Shown: positions 41,610-49,536, counted from the first letter of the stretch. The stretch is DNA of 64,000 nt from an uncultured Actinomycetes bacterium (GCA_963841735.1 CAWJDT010000001.1:768001-832000), one strand, 5' to 3'. A program made the numbers and translations. Notes: generated from the letters alone by a model not told the origin.

Positions 41610-42575
41610 ATGGACACGCCGCCAAGACTGCTCGATCAAATGCGCGAGGCACTACATGCGCGGCACTACAGCCTCCGCACAGAACGGGCCTACTGCGCCT
41701 GGGTGAGGCGCTTCATCTACTTCCACCACGTCCGCCATCCAGGTGAGATGGGGGGCCCGGAGATCAACGCCTTTCTCACTCACCTCGCGGTGGCGGAGAA
41801 CGTGAGCGCTTCGACGCAGAACCAGGCGCTGGCGGCGCTGCTCTTCCTGTACCGGCACGTACTAGACCGCGAAGTGGGCGACTTGGACGGAGTAATCCGT
41901 GCCAGGCACAGTGCCAAGGTCCCGGTGGTGATGACTCGCACCGAAGTGCGGGAGGTGCTTGCTCAACTCGCGGGCGACAAGTGGCTCATCGCCTCTCTAC
42001 TCTATGGCTGCGGGCTGCGACTACTGGAGTGCCTCCGGCTCCGGGTCAAGGACATCGACTTCTCCCGGGGCGAGATCACAGTGCACGATGGCAAGGGCGG
42101 GAAGGATCGTGTCACCATGTTGCCCGCGTCACTTGCCGATCCGTTGCAGCATCACCTTGTCTCGGTCAAGACGATCCACCAGGCCGATCTGGCCGACGGC
42201 TGGGGTCGCGTGCTCCTTCCTAACGCTCTTGATCGGAAGTACCCGAACGTGCCGGCCGACTGGCGCTGGCAGTGGGTCTTTCCCCAGGCCAACCGCTGGA
42301 AGAACAGCAGAACTGGGGAGGAAGGGCGGCATCATGTTCACGAGACCCTTGTTCAGCGCGCGGTGAAGGAGGCCGTAAGTCGCGCCGGTGTTGTCAAGCA
42401 CGTGGGGTGCCACACCTTCCGACACTCCTTCGCTACTCATCTCCTGGACGCGGGTTACGACATCCGCACGATCCAGGAACTCCTGGGCCACAAGGACGTT
42501 CGCACCACCATGATCTACACCCATGTGCTCAACCGCGGCGGCCAGGGCGTCCGCAGCCCGCTTGACTCCCTGTAG
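41610..42575 (+). CDS. intI: integron integrase (tyrosine recombinase)
   Basis: [32 protein letters not shown], IntI-specific insertion [54 protein letters not shown]; ATG 41610 gives 321 aa. Confidence 0.97.
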   Translation: MDTPPRLLDQMREALHARHYSLRTERAYCAWVRRFIYFHHVRHPGEMGGPEINAFLTHLAVAENVSASTQNQALAALLFLYRHVLDREVGDLDGVIRARHSAKVPVVMTRTEVREVLAQLAGDKWLIASLLYGCGLRLLECLRLRVKDIDFSRGEITVHDGKGGKDRVTMLPASLADPLQHHLVSVKTIHQADLADGWGRVLLPNALDRKYPNVPADWRWQWVFPQANRWKNSRTGEEGRHHVHETLVQRAVKEAVSRAGVVKHVGCHTFRHSFATHLLDAGYDIRTIQELLGHKDVRTTMIYTHVLNRGGQGVRSPLDSL

Positions 42576-42677
42576 GGCGGGCATATACAGATGGGATGAG
42601 AAGGCCGACCTCCCCCGGAGTACCGTGAGGTCCCCAATCAGAGTCGGGCTCGTGGGCCCAAATGAAGGAGGCCAGCC

Positions 42678-43760
42678 ATGTGCGATGCTAGCACCACCGA
42701 GCAAGCGAAGGTGACCGTGGGTCTCGATCTGAGCGACCGTTGTTGTCAGATCTGTGTGCTCGACGAAGCGGGCGAGGTGACCGAGGAGGGCCGGGTGACG
42801 ACCAAGCCGGAAGCCTTGCGTCGCCGCTTCTCCGGGGCGGATCCGCTACGCATCGTGATCGAGGCCGGCACCCACTCCCCCTGGGTTAGCCGTCTGCTTT
42901 CCGAACTTGGACACGACGTTGTCGTGGCCAATCCCCGCAAGCTCCGCTTCATCTACCAGAACGACTCGAAGTCAGACCGGGTGGACGCCGAGTACCTGGC
43001 CCGGGTCGGTCGTCTGGACCCGGAGCTGCTGGCCCCCCTCACCCATCGGAGAGCCGAGACCCAGTCCGACCTCGCGCTTGTGCGCAGTCGCAATGCCCTG
43101 GTCAGGGCTCGCACCCGTCTGATCAGTCATGCCCGCGGCTGCACGAAGTCCTTGGGCAGCCGCCTGCCCACCTGCGCGAGCGACGTCTTTGCCCAAAAGG
43201 CCGGGCCGTGTGTCCCCGAGGAGCTTGCTCCCGCCCTGGCTCCGGTCCTCACCGTCATCCAGAACATCTCCGATGAGATCCGCGCTCTCGATCAGAAGAT
43301 CGAAGACATGGCCAAGGAGCGCTACCCAGAGACCGCGCTTCTCTCCCAGGTGCCCGGCGTGGGCACGCTTACGGCCACAGTCTATGTCCTTACCGTGGAA
43401 GATCCCGAGCGCTTCCCCAAGTGCCGCTCGGTGGGCTCGTATCTCGGCCTCAGGCCCCGGCAGGCAAGCTCCGGTTCCCTGGAGCCTCAGCTGCGCATCA
43501 CCAAAGCCGGGGACGAGCACCTGCGCTGGCTCCTCGTGAGCGCCGCCCACTACATCCTCGGGCCCTTCGGCCCGGACTCGGATCTCAGGCGTTGGGGTCT
43601 TGCCTTGGCCGCGCAGGGCGGCAAGCGGGGCAAGAAGCGAGCGGTAGTGGCGGTGGCCCGCAAGCTCTCGGTGCTCCTCCTGCACCTCTGGAGGACCGGT
43701 GAGGTCTACGAGCCACTGCGCAACGTCCGGCTCCGCGGCGAGACTGCGCCCACCACCTAG
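42678..43760 (+). CDS. IS110-family DEDD transposase/recombinase
   Basis: VGLDLS, IEAGTHS, KSDRVDA (DEDD), YLGLRPRQASSG (Ser), AVVAVARKL. Confidence 0.95.
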   Translation: MCDASTTEQAKVTVGLDLSDRCCQICVLDEAGEVTEEGRVTTKPEALRRRFSGADPLRIVIEAGTHSPWVSRLLSELGHDVVVANPRKLRFIYQNDSKSDRVDAEYLARVGRLDPELLAPLTHRRAETQSDLALVRSRNALVRARTRLISHARGCTKSLGSRLPTCASDVFAQKAGPCVPEELAPALAPVLTVIQNISDEIRALDQKIEDMAKERYPETALLSQVPGVGTLTATVYVLTVEDPERFPKCRSVGSYLGLRPRQASSGSLEPQLRITKAGDEHLRWLLVSAAHYILGPFGPDSDLRRWGLALAAQGGKRGKKRAVVAVARKLSVLLLHLWRTGEVYEPLRNVRLRGETAPTT

Positions 43761-43866
43761 GAGCGGTGAAGATGAGAGATGCCGACGGGAAGGATCGATA
43801 ACCAAGGAAGACCGGCGGGTGAACCCATCGCAGGAGACCAGCAAAAAGACCAACCGCCCAGGGTGA

Positions 43867-44027
43867 AAGCGACTGCGCACACAGACTCGGCCGTACAGAA
43901 CGACACCAACCCGGTGCCGTCCCCAAGGCCGCTATACAGATAGCAGCGCTTCCCCCCGGCCGGACCCCAACGTGCACCGGGTCCCGCCATAGGTTCCCGA
44001 CAAAAAGTGCGAATGGAAGCGTGGCCG
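43867..44027 (+). ncRNA. putative bridge/seek RNA of IS #1
   Basis: Stem-flanked internal loop GCACACAGACT / CTATACAGATA matches the target flanks; second loop ATGGAAG matches the IS right end. Confidence 0.7.
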
Positions 44028-44137
44028 TGGTCTTGGCTCTTCGCGGCGGAAGAGGGATGATAGAAACCGAGCAGAGGAGGAAGAAGCAACCCAAGAATCG
44101 CTCTTGACACCGGCCGGCTTCTCATGGAAGTCTGCAT

Positions 44138-44168
44138 AACCCCAAGACCGCGCGGGCGTCTTGGGTTC
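44138..44168 (+). terminator. hairpin, possibly the original intI terminator before IS insertion
   Basis: CCCAAGAC...GTCTTGGG stem followed by TT; lies just past the intI stop in the reconstructed empty site. Confidence 0.35.
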
Positions 44169-44221
44169 AGAAACCGCTCGGTATGCCGACCAGGGGGGCT
44201 GTCTTGAGAATCGCAGCCGGA

Positions 44222-44284
44222 GTTATGCAGACAACCTGGTGCTGCGACGGTTGAGTTGGGCAGACTGGATAAGCATTGTTAGAC
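44222..44284 (+). other. putative attI site
   Basis: R box GTTAGAC (44278-44284) is complementary to attC1 R'' GTCTAAC; upstream imperfect direct repeats GTTATGCAGAC (44222) and GTTGGGCAGAC (44255); no attC-like hairpin directly upstream. Confidence 0.7.
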
Positions 44285-44311
44285 ACAGACGCTGGGAGGC
44301 GCGCGGCGCGA

Positions 44312-45121
44312 ATGTCGTGGATGAGCGACAGCGGCACCGAGTACAGACTGTGCTTGCTCGACACAAACGCCTTGAGCAACATCGTCGAGCATCGCGACAC
44401 CTTTGGGCACGCTTTCATCGAGCGGTTTCCCCCAAGTGATTGGGCGCCATGCTGGACAATCTACAACGTCATCGAATTGCGTCGTGCCCCAGAGCATCTA
44501 CGACTATACGATGCCTGGCTCGACTTCTTCTCAAGGTATCCGAGCTTCCTTCTTGAGCCATATTCGCGCATCGTGGCGGCAGAGGTGGCGGCCTATCACC
44601 ACTATCCAGCTGGACCTCCGTTGCTCAACGCCTTCACTCTGGCTGGGTCCGAAGACAGGCACTTCCTGCGGCCGTTCCTAGAGAAGCTCTTTGTGCAGGA
44701 CTGGATGATCGAGCTTGAGGCCGGGTGGCGCGACGATGAGAATGACACCCTCCGGGAGTGGGTCTCACGTTCGAACGACGGTCGCAAAGCTGACCAGTAC
44801 GTCGCCGAGTCAGTGGTTGTTCACTTGGCCGAGAATCACCAATCTTGGACGGCGGGACTCCTGAACTCGGGTAGCACACTGGACATAAACCGATTCCCTG
44901 CGCTGCAGGCTATGCTGTATTCGCAGTTCTATCGTATTCGTGAGCCGGGGCGGGTTCATGAGGCAAGCGACGTTACGGACGTTCGGATCATGGCGGCGGC
45001 GCCCTATATGGAGGCGGTTGTCACGGAGAGGTTCCAGGCAGAGGTCTTTCGCAAGGCAAAGAGAGCGCTTTCGTCGATAGCACAGCTTGATGTCGTGAGG
45101 GTTGGTGAGTTGTGTGGCTGA
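44312..45121 (+). CDS. cassette 1: PIN-like domain protein
   Basis: CLLDTNALS at N-terminus, E in YNVIELRR, SDVTDVRIMAAAPY...VVTE at C-terminus; lower GC; stop codon just before attC1. Confidence 0.6.
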   Translation: MSWMSDSGTEYRLCLLDTNALSNIVEHRDTFGHAFIERFPPSDWAPCWTIYNVIELRRAPEHLRLYDAWLDFFSRYPSFLLEPYSRIVAAEVAAYHHYPAGPPLLNAFTLAGSEDRHFLRPFLEKLFVQDWMIELEAGWRDDENDTLREWVSRSNDGRKADQYVAESVVVHLAENHQSWTAGLLNSGSTLDINRFPALQAMLYSQFYRIREPGRVHEASDVTDVRIMAAAPYMEAVVTERFQAEVFRKAKRALSSIAQLDVVRVGELCG

Positions 45122-45129
45122 CGCTTCGT

Positions 45130-45220
45130 GTCTAACAAGTGCGTGCAACCGACACCGGCGTTGTCTGCTGCATGGAGTACCATGGCCAACGGGCGCGGCT
45201 GACGCACTAGAACGTTAGCG
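45130..45220 (+). other. attC1 recombination site (intact)
   Basis: R'' GTCTAAC, GTGCGT(G)CAACCG / CGGCTGACGCAC arms with an extrahelical base, R' GTTAGCG. Confidence 0.92.
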
Positions 45221-45255
45221 TTACAAGGGAGAGTGGGGTTCTGGTGGGGGGTCGA

Positions 45256-46323
45256 ATGATCAAGCCGAAGTCGTACATCGTAGGGTTGGGTCTGTTGCTG
45301 ACCTTGGGGGCGGCAGTCGACGGTTGCTCAGGGCGTTCCTCCGATCAAGTCACTTTCGAGAGCGAATACGTTTCTCTGCAACTGCCCGACTCGTTCGTCG
45401 GAGGCGATCCAGCGGATCCGAATGTGATGGCCGCGCTCAAGAAGCATGCCGAGAAGAACCCTGATTCCGAGACCCGTGCCGACCTCAAGTCGTACCTGGA
45501 CGGACTAGAGAGTGACATCCGAAGGGACGAGGAGTACCACTTCGTAAGGAATGGCCCTCTTCTTCTCCTCTGGGGTGAGCCGGATAAGGACGGCTCCATG
45601 GCGGAGGTCTACGTGTCGCGCGTTCTCGTGCAGAACATACTCCCGCTGACCGACGGTGACTCCTCAATGGAAGCCCTCGTGAAGGGTTTGAACTTCTGGC
45701 CAGAGTCAGAGTGGTACATCGATAATCTCACCGCTGATGCTGCGGAGGTGTTGCTCTACCATGTCAAAGAGAGTCCCGACGACATGACGGTGCGCGAACA
45801 TCATGTGTTCAAGGCCACGGCTGAGTATGTCTACGAGTTCACCTACGTCTACTACGACGAGATTTCGGCAGACCTGGACTCTGTCTTCGCCTCAAGTGCC
45901 GACACTGCTACCGTCAAGTGGCCCTACAACTCACAGAAGCAGTCTGTGGACCAGAAGGCCTACCGGCAGGATGGGGACTGCGAGTCTCTCGTCGAGAAGG
46001 CAAAGTACGCTCTAGAAAAGGCATACAAGGAACTGGGGACATGCGACCCCGGGGTGGTGACACCCAAGGTACTGAGCGAGATCGAGCCGGGTGTTGTCTT
46101 CATCGTCGTCGAGGACGCTGAAGCTGCACTTGCACCCGAAGCTGCAACCGTGCGGAATGAGGTCGCCTACTGGGGCGATGCTGGGACCTATACGGTTGGT
46201 TCGTGCTCCGAGTCTGGCAAGACGTACGGCGTATTCCATGATATGGCGGACCCTGGATGGTATCGAGTTTCCGAAGGCGGTCAGCCGGGCTCCAGGAGAT
46301 ATGAGATACCGACAGACAAGTAG
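45256..46323 (+). CDS. cassette 2: exported/lipoprotein with pilin-like C-terminal domain
   Basis: Hydrophobic N-terminus ending AVDGC; cassette ends GTTAGCGTT (45214) and AACGCTAAC (46343-46351) are perfectly complementary. Confidence 0.65.
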   Translation: MIKPKSYIVGLGLLLTLGAAVDGCSGRSSDQVTFESEYVSLQLPDSFVGGDPADPNVMAALKKHAEKNPDSETRADLKSYLDGLESDIRRDEEYHFVRNGPLLLLWGEPDKDGSMAEVYVSRVLVQNILPLTDGDSSMEALVKGLNFWPESEWYIDNLTADAAEVLLYHVKESPDDMTVREHHVFKATAEYVYEFTYVYYDEISADLDSVFASSADTATVKWPYNSQKQSVDQKAYRQDGDCESLVEKAKYALEKAYKELGTCDPGVVTPKVLSEIEPGVVFIVVEDAEAALAPEAATVRNEVAYWGDAGTYTVGSCSESGKTYGVFHDMADPGWYRVSEGGQPGSRRYEIPTDK

Positions 46324-46422
46324 CCGCCCGAAAGTGAGACTGAACGCTAACAAGATGGCATGAAAAGGACGCTGCGCCGACACTGTCGTTGTGAGGAGCA
46401 ACGATAGGAAGGAGAAGCGCCG

Positions 46423-47415
46423 ATGCCAACTTACTACCTGGGCCTCGATGTCCACAAGGTCCGCACCCAGTACTGTCTGATGGATCTGGGCGGTGAGATC
46501 CTATCCGAGGGCAATGTCCCCACCGAAGAAGCCGCGTCTCTGGTGTCCGAGATCGATTCTGCCGTGGTGCTGGAGGCCACAGGCAGCTGGCACGCCACCT
46601 ACGACGCGCTCGTCGCCACCGGAGCCGCTGTCAAGCTGGCACACCCCGCCCGCATCAAGGCCATCGCCTCCGCTAAGGTCAAGACCGACAAGATCGACGC
46701 CCGCATCCTGGCGCATCTGTTGCGTGCTGATCTCATCCCCGAGGCCTGGGCACCTCCCACTTCAGTGCGGGAACTTAGGGACCTGGTGCGGCTTCGTTGG
46801 CGCTTCATCTCCCAGCGCACCACTGCCAAGAACCGCATCACCAACCTGCTGGCCCGCGAGAACCTGCGCTTCGCCGGCACCGATCTGTTCGGCAAGAGTG
46901 GCAGGAAGTGGCTGGAGGCGCTGGATCTGCGGGCACACACCCGGAGTCTCATCGCCTTGCTGCTCGTCTCCATCGAGGAGGCCGATGCCCACGTGGCCGT
47001 TCTCACCTCTCGACTGCATGAGCTGCTCGACCGGGACCCGGACATGGGTCTGCTCATGACCATACCCGGTGTGGGTTTCATCACCGCGGCCACGCTCTCC
47101 GCCGAGGTCGGTGACTGGAGCCGCTTCTCCTCGGCAAGGCAGGTCTCCTGCTACTTCGGCATCATCCCCTCGGTGCGGAGTTCAGGTACTGTGGCCCACT
47201 ACGGACACATCACGCGGGCCGGGAGTCCTCACGCAAGGCGAGCGCTCGTCGAGGCGGCGCACACCGCCAAGAAATTGCCGGGGCCGGTCCGCCACCACTA
47301 CCTCGCTCTAGTCAAGCGTCGCGGCAAGAAGGTCGCCCTCGTCGCCGCAGCCCGTGTGCTGCTGGAACTGTCCTGGACCCTCCTGCACAAGAAGGAGGTG
47401 TTTCAGGCGGCTTAA
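46423..47415 (+). CDS. IS110-family DEDD transposase/recombinase
   Basis: LGLDVHK, LEATG, KTDKIDA, YFGIIPSVRSSG, ALVAAARVLL. Confidence 0.95.
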   Translation: MPTYYLGLDVHKVRTQYCLMDLGGEILSEGNVPTEEAASLVSEIDSAVVLEATGSWHATYDALVATGAAVKLAHPARIKAIASAKVKTDKIDARILAHLLRADLIPEAWAPPTSVRELRDLVRLRWRFISQRTTAKNRITNLLARENLRFAGTDLFGKSGRKWLEALDLRAHTRSLIALLLVSIEEADAHVAVLTSRLHELLDRDPDMGLLMTIPGVGFITAATLSAEVGDWSRFSSARQVSCYFGIIPSVRSSGTVAHYGHITRAGSPHARRALVEAAHTAKKLPGPVRHHYLALVKRRGKKVALVAAARVLLELSWTLLHKKEVFQAA

Positions 47416-47536
47416 GAGGAGAGCCCGTTGCACGCGCTGGGAGCGTGTTCGACTCCCGTTAACAAGATTCGGCCTCCTCACCGCCGCATAGCCCATCTGA
47501 GCGCCTGGATAGATGAGCGCGAATGGAAGCTTGGCC
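47416..47536 (+). ncRNA. putative bridge/seek RNA of IS #2 with attC-specific guides
   Basis: Internal loop GTTGCACGCGCT / TAACAAGAT matches both strands of the attC target; second loop CCATCT / ATGGAAG matches the circle junction. Confidence 0.8.
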
Positions 47537-47736
47537 CTCGAAGCCGTTGATGGTGGAAGGCGCGCGTTCGGGGACGGTAGAATCAAGAGCGTGCGAAGCT
47601 CAAGATGAAGACTTGCACTCTGAGTCCTTTTCATGGAAGTGCGTGCAACCGACATCCTTCATTGTCTATCGCATGGAGTACCATGGCCAACGGGCGCGGC
47701 TGACGCGCTAGAACGTTAGCCATACAGGGGGTTCTA

Positions 47737-48470
47737 TTGGACCGAGCTAGGGCGGTTGATCTGTACCTTCAGTGTTGTGGCTTGCAGAATGATCTCGAAC
47801 CGAAGCCCGTGGTCGCCAAGTACACGGAGTTTCTCGACGAAGCAGTTGCCCAGTTGTCGATCAATGACTTCGCAATCAACTCCAAGCAGCATCTGCGGGA
47901 CATAGCCAACTTCGTCAATGAGTTCGCTTTCAACCACCAGAGGCTGCGTGCTTGGGAACGGATACTGCCTGATCTGAGCGACCAGGAACGGCTCGATGTC
48001 CTGATCGAATTCGTCGACCCAATCGTCTATCTCTGCATGGGAGCTCCCGCCGCGTTGAAGGGGCGCCTTCACTTCTCGATGAGGTCACTTCTCTCTTGGC
48101 GAACGAACATCGTGTCCCAGGCTGGACTTACTCTCCGCCGCCTGCGCACTCCACGTTTGAGGGCGCTCGTTCTCAGGCCCGGCTTTGGGATAGCTGGCCA
48201 AGATTGCGGGATTGCCTAGGGGTGCTCAACAACCATGATTTCAAGAGGCGCGTATACGAGTTCAGGGATCACTTCGAACATGGGAGTCCTCGGCTGGTAG
48301 AGTTCGGTGAGAAACTAATGGCGTGGAGAGATGCGCATGGTCGTGTTCTGGGCGTCGAACCAGCCATTTCGCTGGCGAGTGTCGTAGAGTCGCTAGGTCC
48401 GCAGCAGTCGGCCTCAGTTGCTGCCTATGATGCATACGTCGCTTTGGTGGAGGAACAGCATTCGGCGATC
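47737..48470 (+). pseudogene. cassette 3: frameshifted, 3'-truncated protein with an RxxxxH (HEPN-like) motif
   Basis: Starts right after attC2 R'; frames 47737-48219 and 48096 onward join near 48080; FRDHFEH motif; no attC follows. Confidence 0.6.
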
Positions 48471-48732
48471 CTACAAGAGCCAGATCGAGGGCGACGGTAT
48501 CGCGGCTGCCTATGTCGCCCAGAAGGAAGCCATCGGCCAGCAGAATGTGGCGGTGATCAAGCTCATGCAGGAGATAGCAGCCGGCAATATCCAAATCGTG
48601 CCCCAGGTCCTGGTGGGCGGCGAGGGCTCAGCGAGCGGCAACCTGTTCAATGCCTGGCTGTCTCAGATGATCTCTCAGAACGTGCCGAAGACCGAGGCAG
48701 ACAAGAAGGCGGAGAAGAAGGCTGCTGGGTGA
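48469..48732 (+). pseudogene. 3' remnant of an SPFH/flotillin-like gene
   Basis: GIAAAYVAQKEAIGQQNVAVIKLMQEIAAGNIQIVPQVLVGGEG resembles flotillin-family C-termini; host-like GC3; no own start. Confidence 0.6.
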
Positions 48733-48744
48733 TCTGAGGGCTTG

Positions 48745-49431
48745 TCATACCCTGAACGCCGACGGACAAGCATCGGCCAGCAGGCACTCACCGCAGCGGG
48801 GGCGCTTGGCGTCGCAGACCGCCCGGCCGTGTTCTATCAACAGGTAGGTCAGGCGGAACCAGTCTTCTCTCGGGACGATCTCCATCAGCTCGCGCTCGAC
48901 CTTCTCGGAGTCGTGCGACGTGGCTAGGCCCAGTCTTTGGCTTAGGCGGTTGACGTGGGTGTCTACCGCTATGCCTGCGTCCGGGTCTGACGCGTACGCT
49001 TCGGGATGGGCGTTGCCCAGCACTACATTGGCCGTCTTGCGCGCCACTCCCGGCAGGGTCAGCAGGCCGGTCATGCTCGCGGGGATGTCTCCGCCGTAGT
49101 CGGCCAGGATCTTATGGGCGGCACCGATGATGTGCTTCGTCTTGTTTCTGAAGAAGCCTGTGGGCCTGATGTCGGCCTCGAACTCCACCGGGTCGGCACC
49201 GGCGTACGCCTCTACGGTGCGGTACTTCTTGAATAGCTTGGCGGTGACTTGGTTGACCATCTTGTCTGTACACTGGGCCGAGAGGATGACGGCCACCAGT
49301 AGTTCCCAGCCGTTGCCGAAGTCGAGCACTATCCCTGCGCTGGGGTATTCAGCCTTCAGGCGTGCGAGTATTTCCAACGCGTACGCGCGCTTGCCCGCCG
49401 ACGGAGTGCTCTGGACTACCTTCTTCACCAT
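48745..49431 (-). CDS. nth: endonuclease III
   Basis: LLVAVILSAQCTD, LPGVARKTANVVL HhH, VDTHV, CxxxxxxCxxCxxxxxC. Confidence 0.95.
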   Translation of the reverse strand: MVKKVVQSTPSAGKRAYALEILARLKAEYPSAGIVLDFGNGWELLVAVILSAQCTDKMVNQVTAKLFKKYRTVEAYAGADPVEFEADIRPTGFFRNKTKHIIGAAHKILADYGGDIPASMTGLLTLPGVARKTANVVLGNAHPEAYASDPDAGIAVDTHVNRLSQRLGLATSHDSEKVERELMEIVPREDWFRLTYLLIEHGRAVCDAKRPRCGECLLADACPSAFRV

Positions 49432-49536
49432 GGTCCTCGATCGTGTTTGTACTAGGCTTGTTCGTAATACGCCTTTTTCATCATACGATATCCTTGCAGC
49501 CGTCGACTTCTGCGTGAGGGCGGTAGAATCGTCACT

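Larger units (their letters stand above)
42591..44130 (+). mobile_element. IS110-family (IS1111-group) element #1 inserted between intI and attI
   Basis: Sub-terminal IRs ATGAGAAG (42596-42603) / CTTCTCAT (44118-44125), AG core at both junctions, long 3' non-coding region. Confidence 0.88.
46355..47639 (+). mobile_element. IS110-family (IS1111-attC type) element #2
   Basis: Perfect 12-bp sub-terminal IRs CATGAAAAGGAC (46359-46370) / GTCCTTTTCATG (47624-47635), AG core at both junctions. Confidence 0.92.
46345..47721 (+). other. attC2, interrupted by IS #2 (left part 46345-46354, right part 47640-47721)
   Basis: Removing the IS gives CGCTAACAAG-TGCGTGCAACCGAC...GGCTGACGCGCTAGAACGTTAGCC, nearly identical to attC1. 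Confidence 0.92.

Noticed and set aside
41520-41610. LexA/SOS box upstream of intI
   Set aside because: No match seen to CTGT-N8-ACAG or CGAAC-N4-GTTCG
40981-41639. Repeat-containing ORFs and the 125-aa N-terminal extension of IntI (from 41235)
   Set aside because: These are translations of the DNA tandem repeat; IntI homology starts at ATG 41610
44276-44311. TTG start for cassette 1 at 44276
   Set aside because: It straddles the attI crossover point; ATG 44312 or 44321 inside the cassette is more plausible
46352-47639. AAG as a classical target-site duplication
   Set aside because: IS110-family elements do not make TSDs; the repeat is better explained as the shared AG/CT core of donor and target
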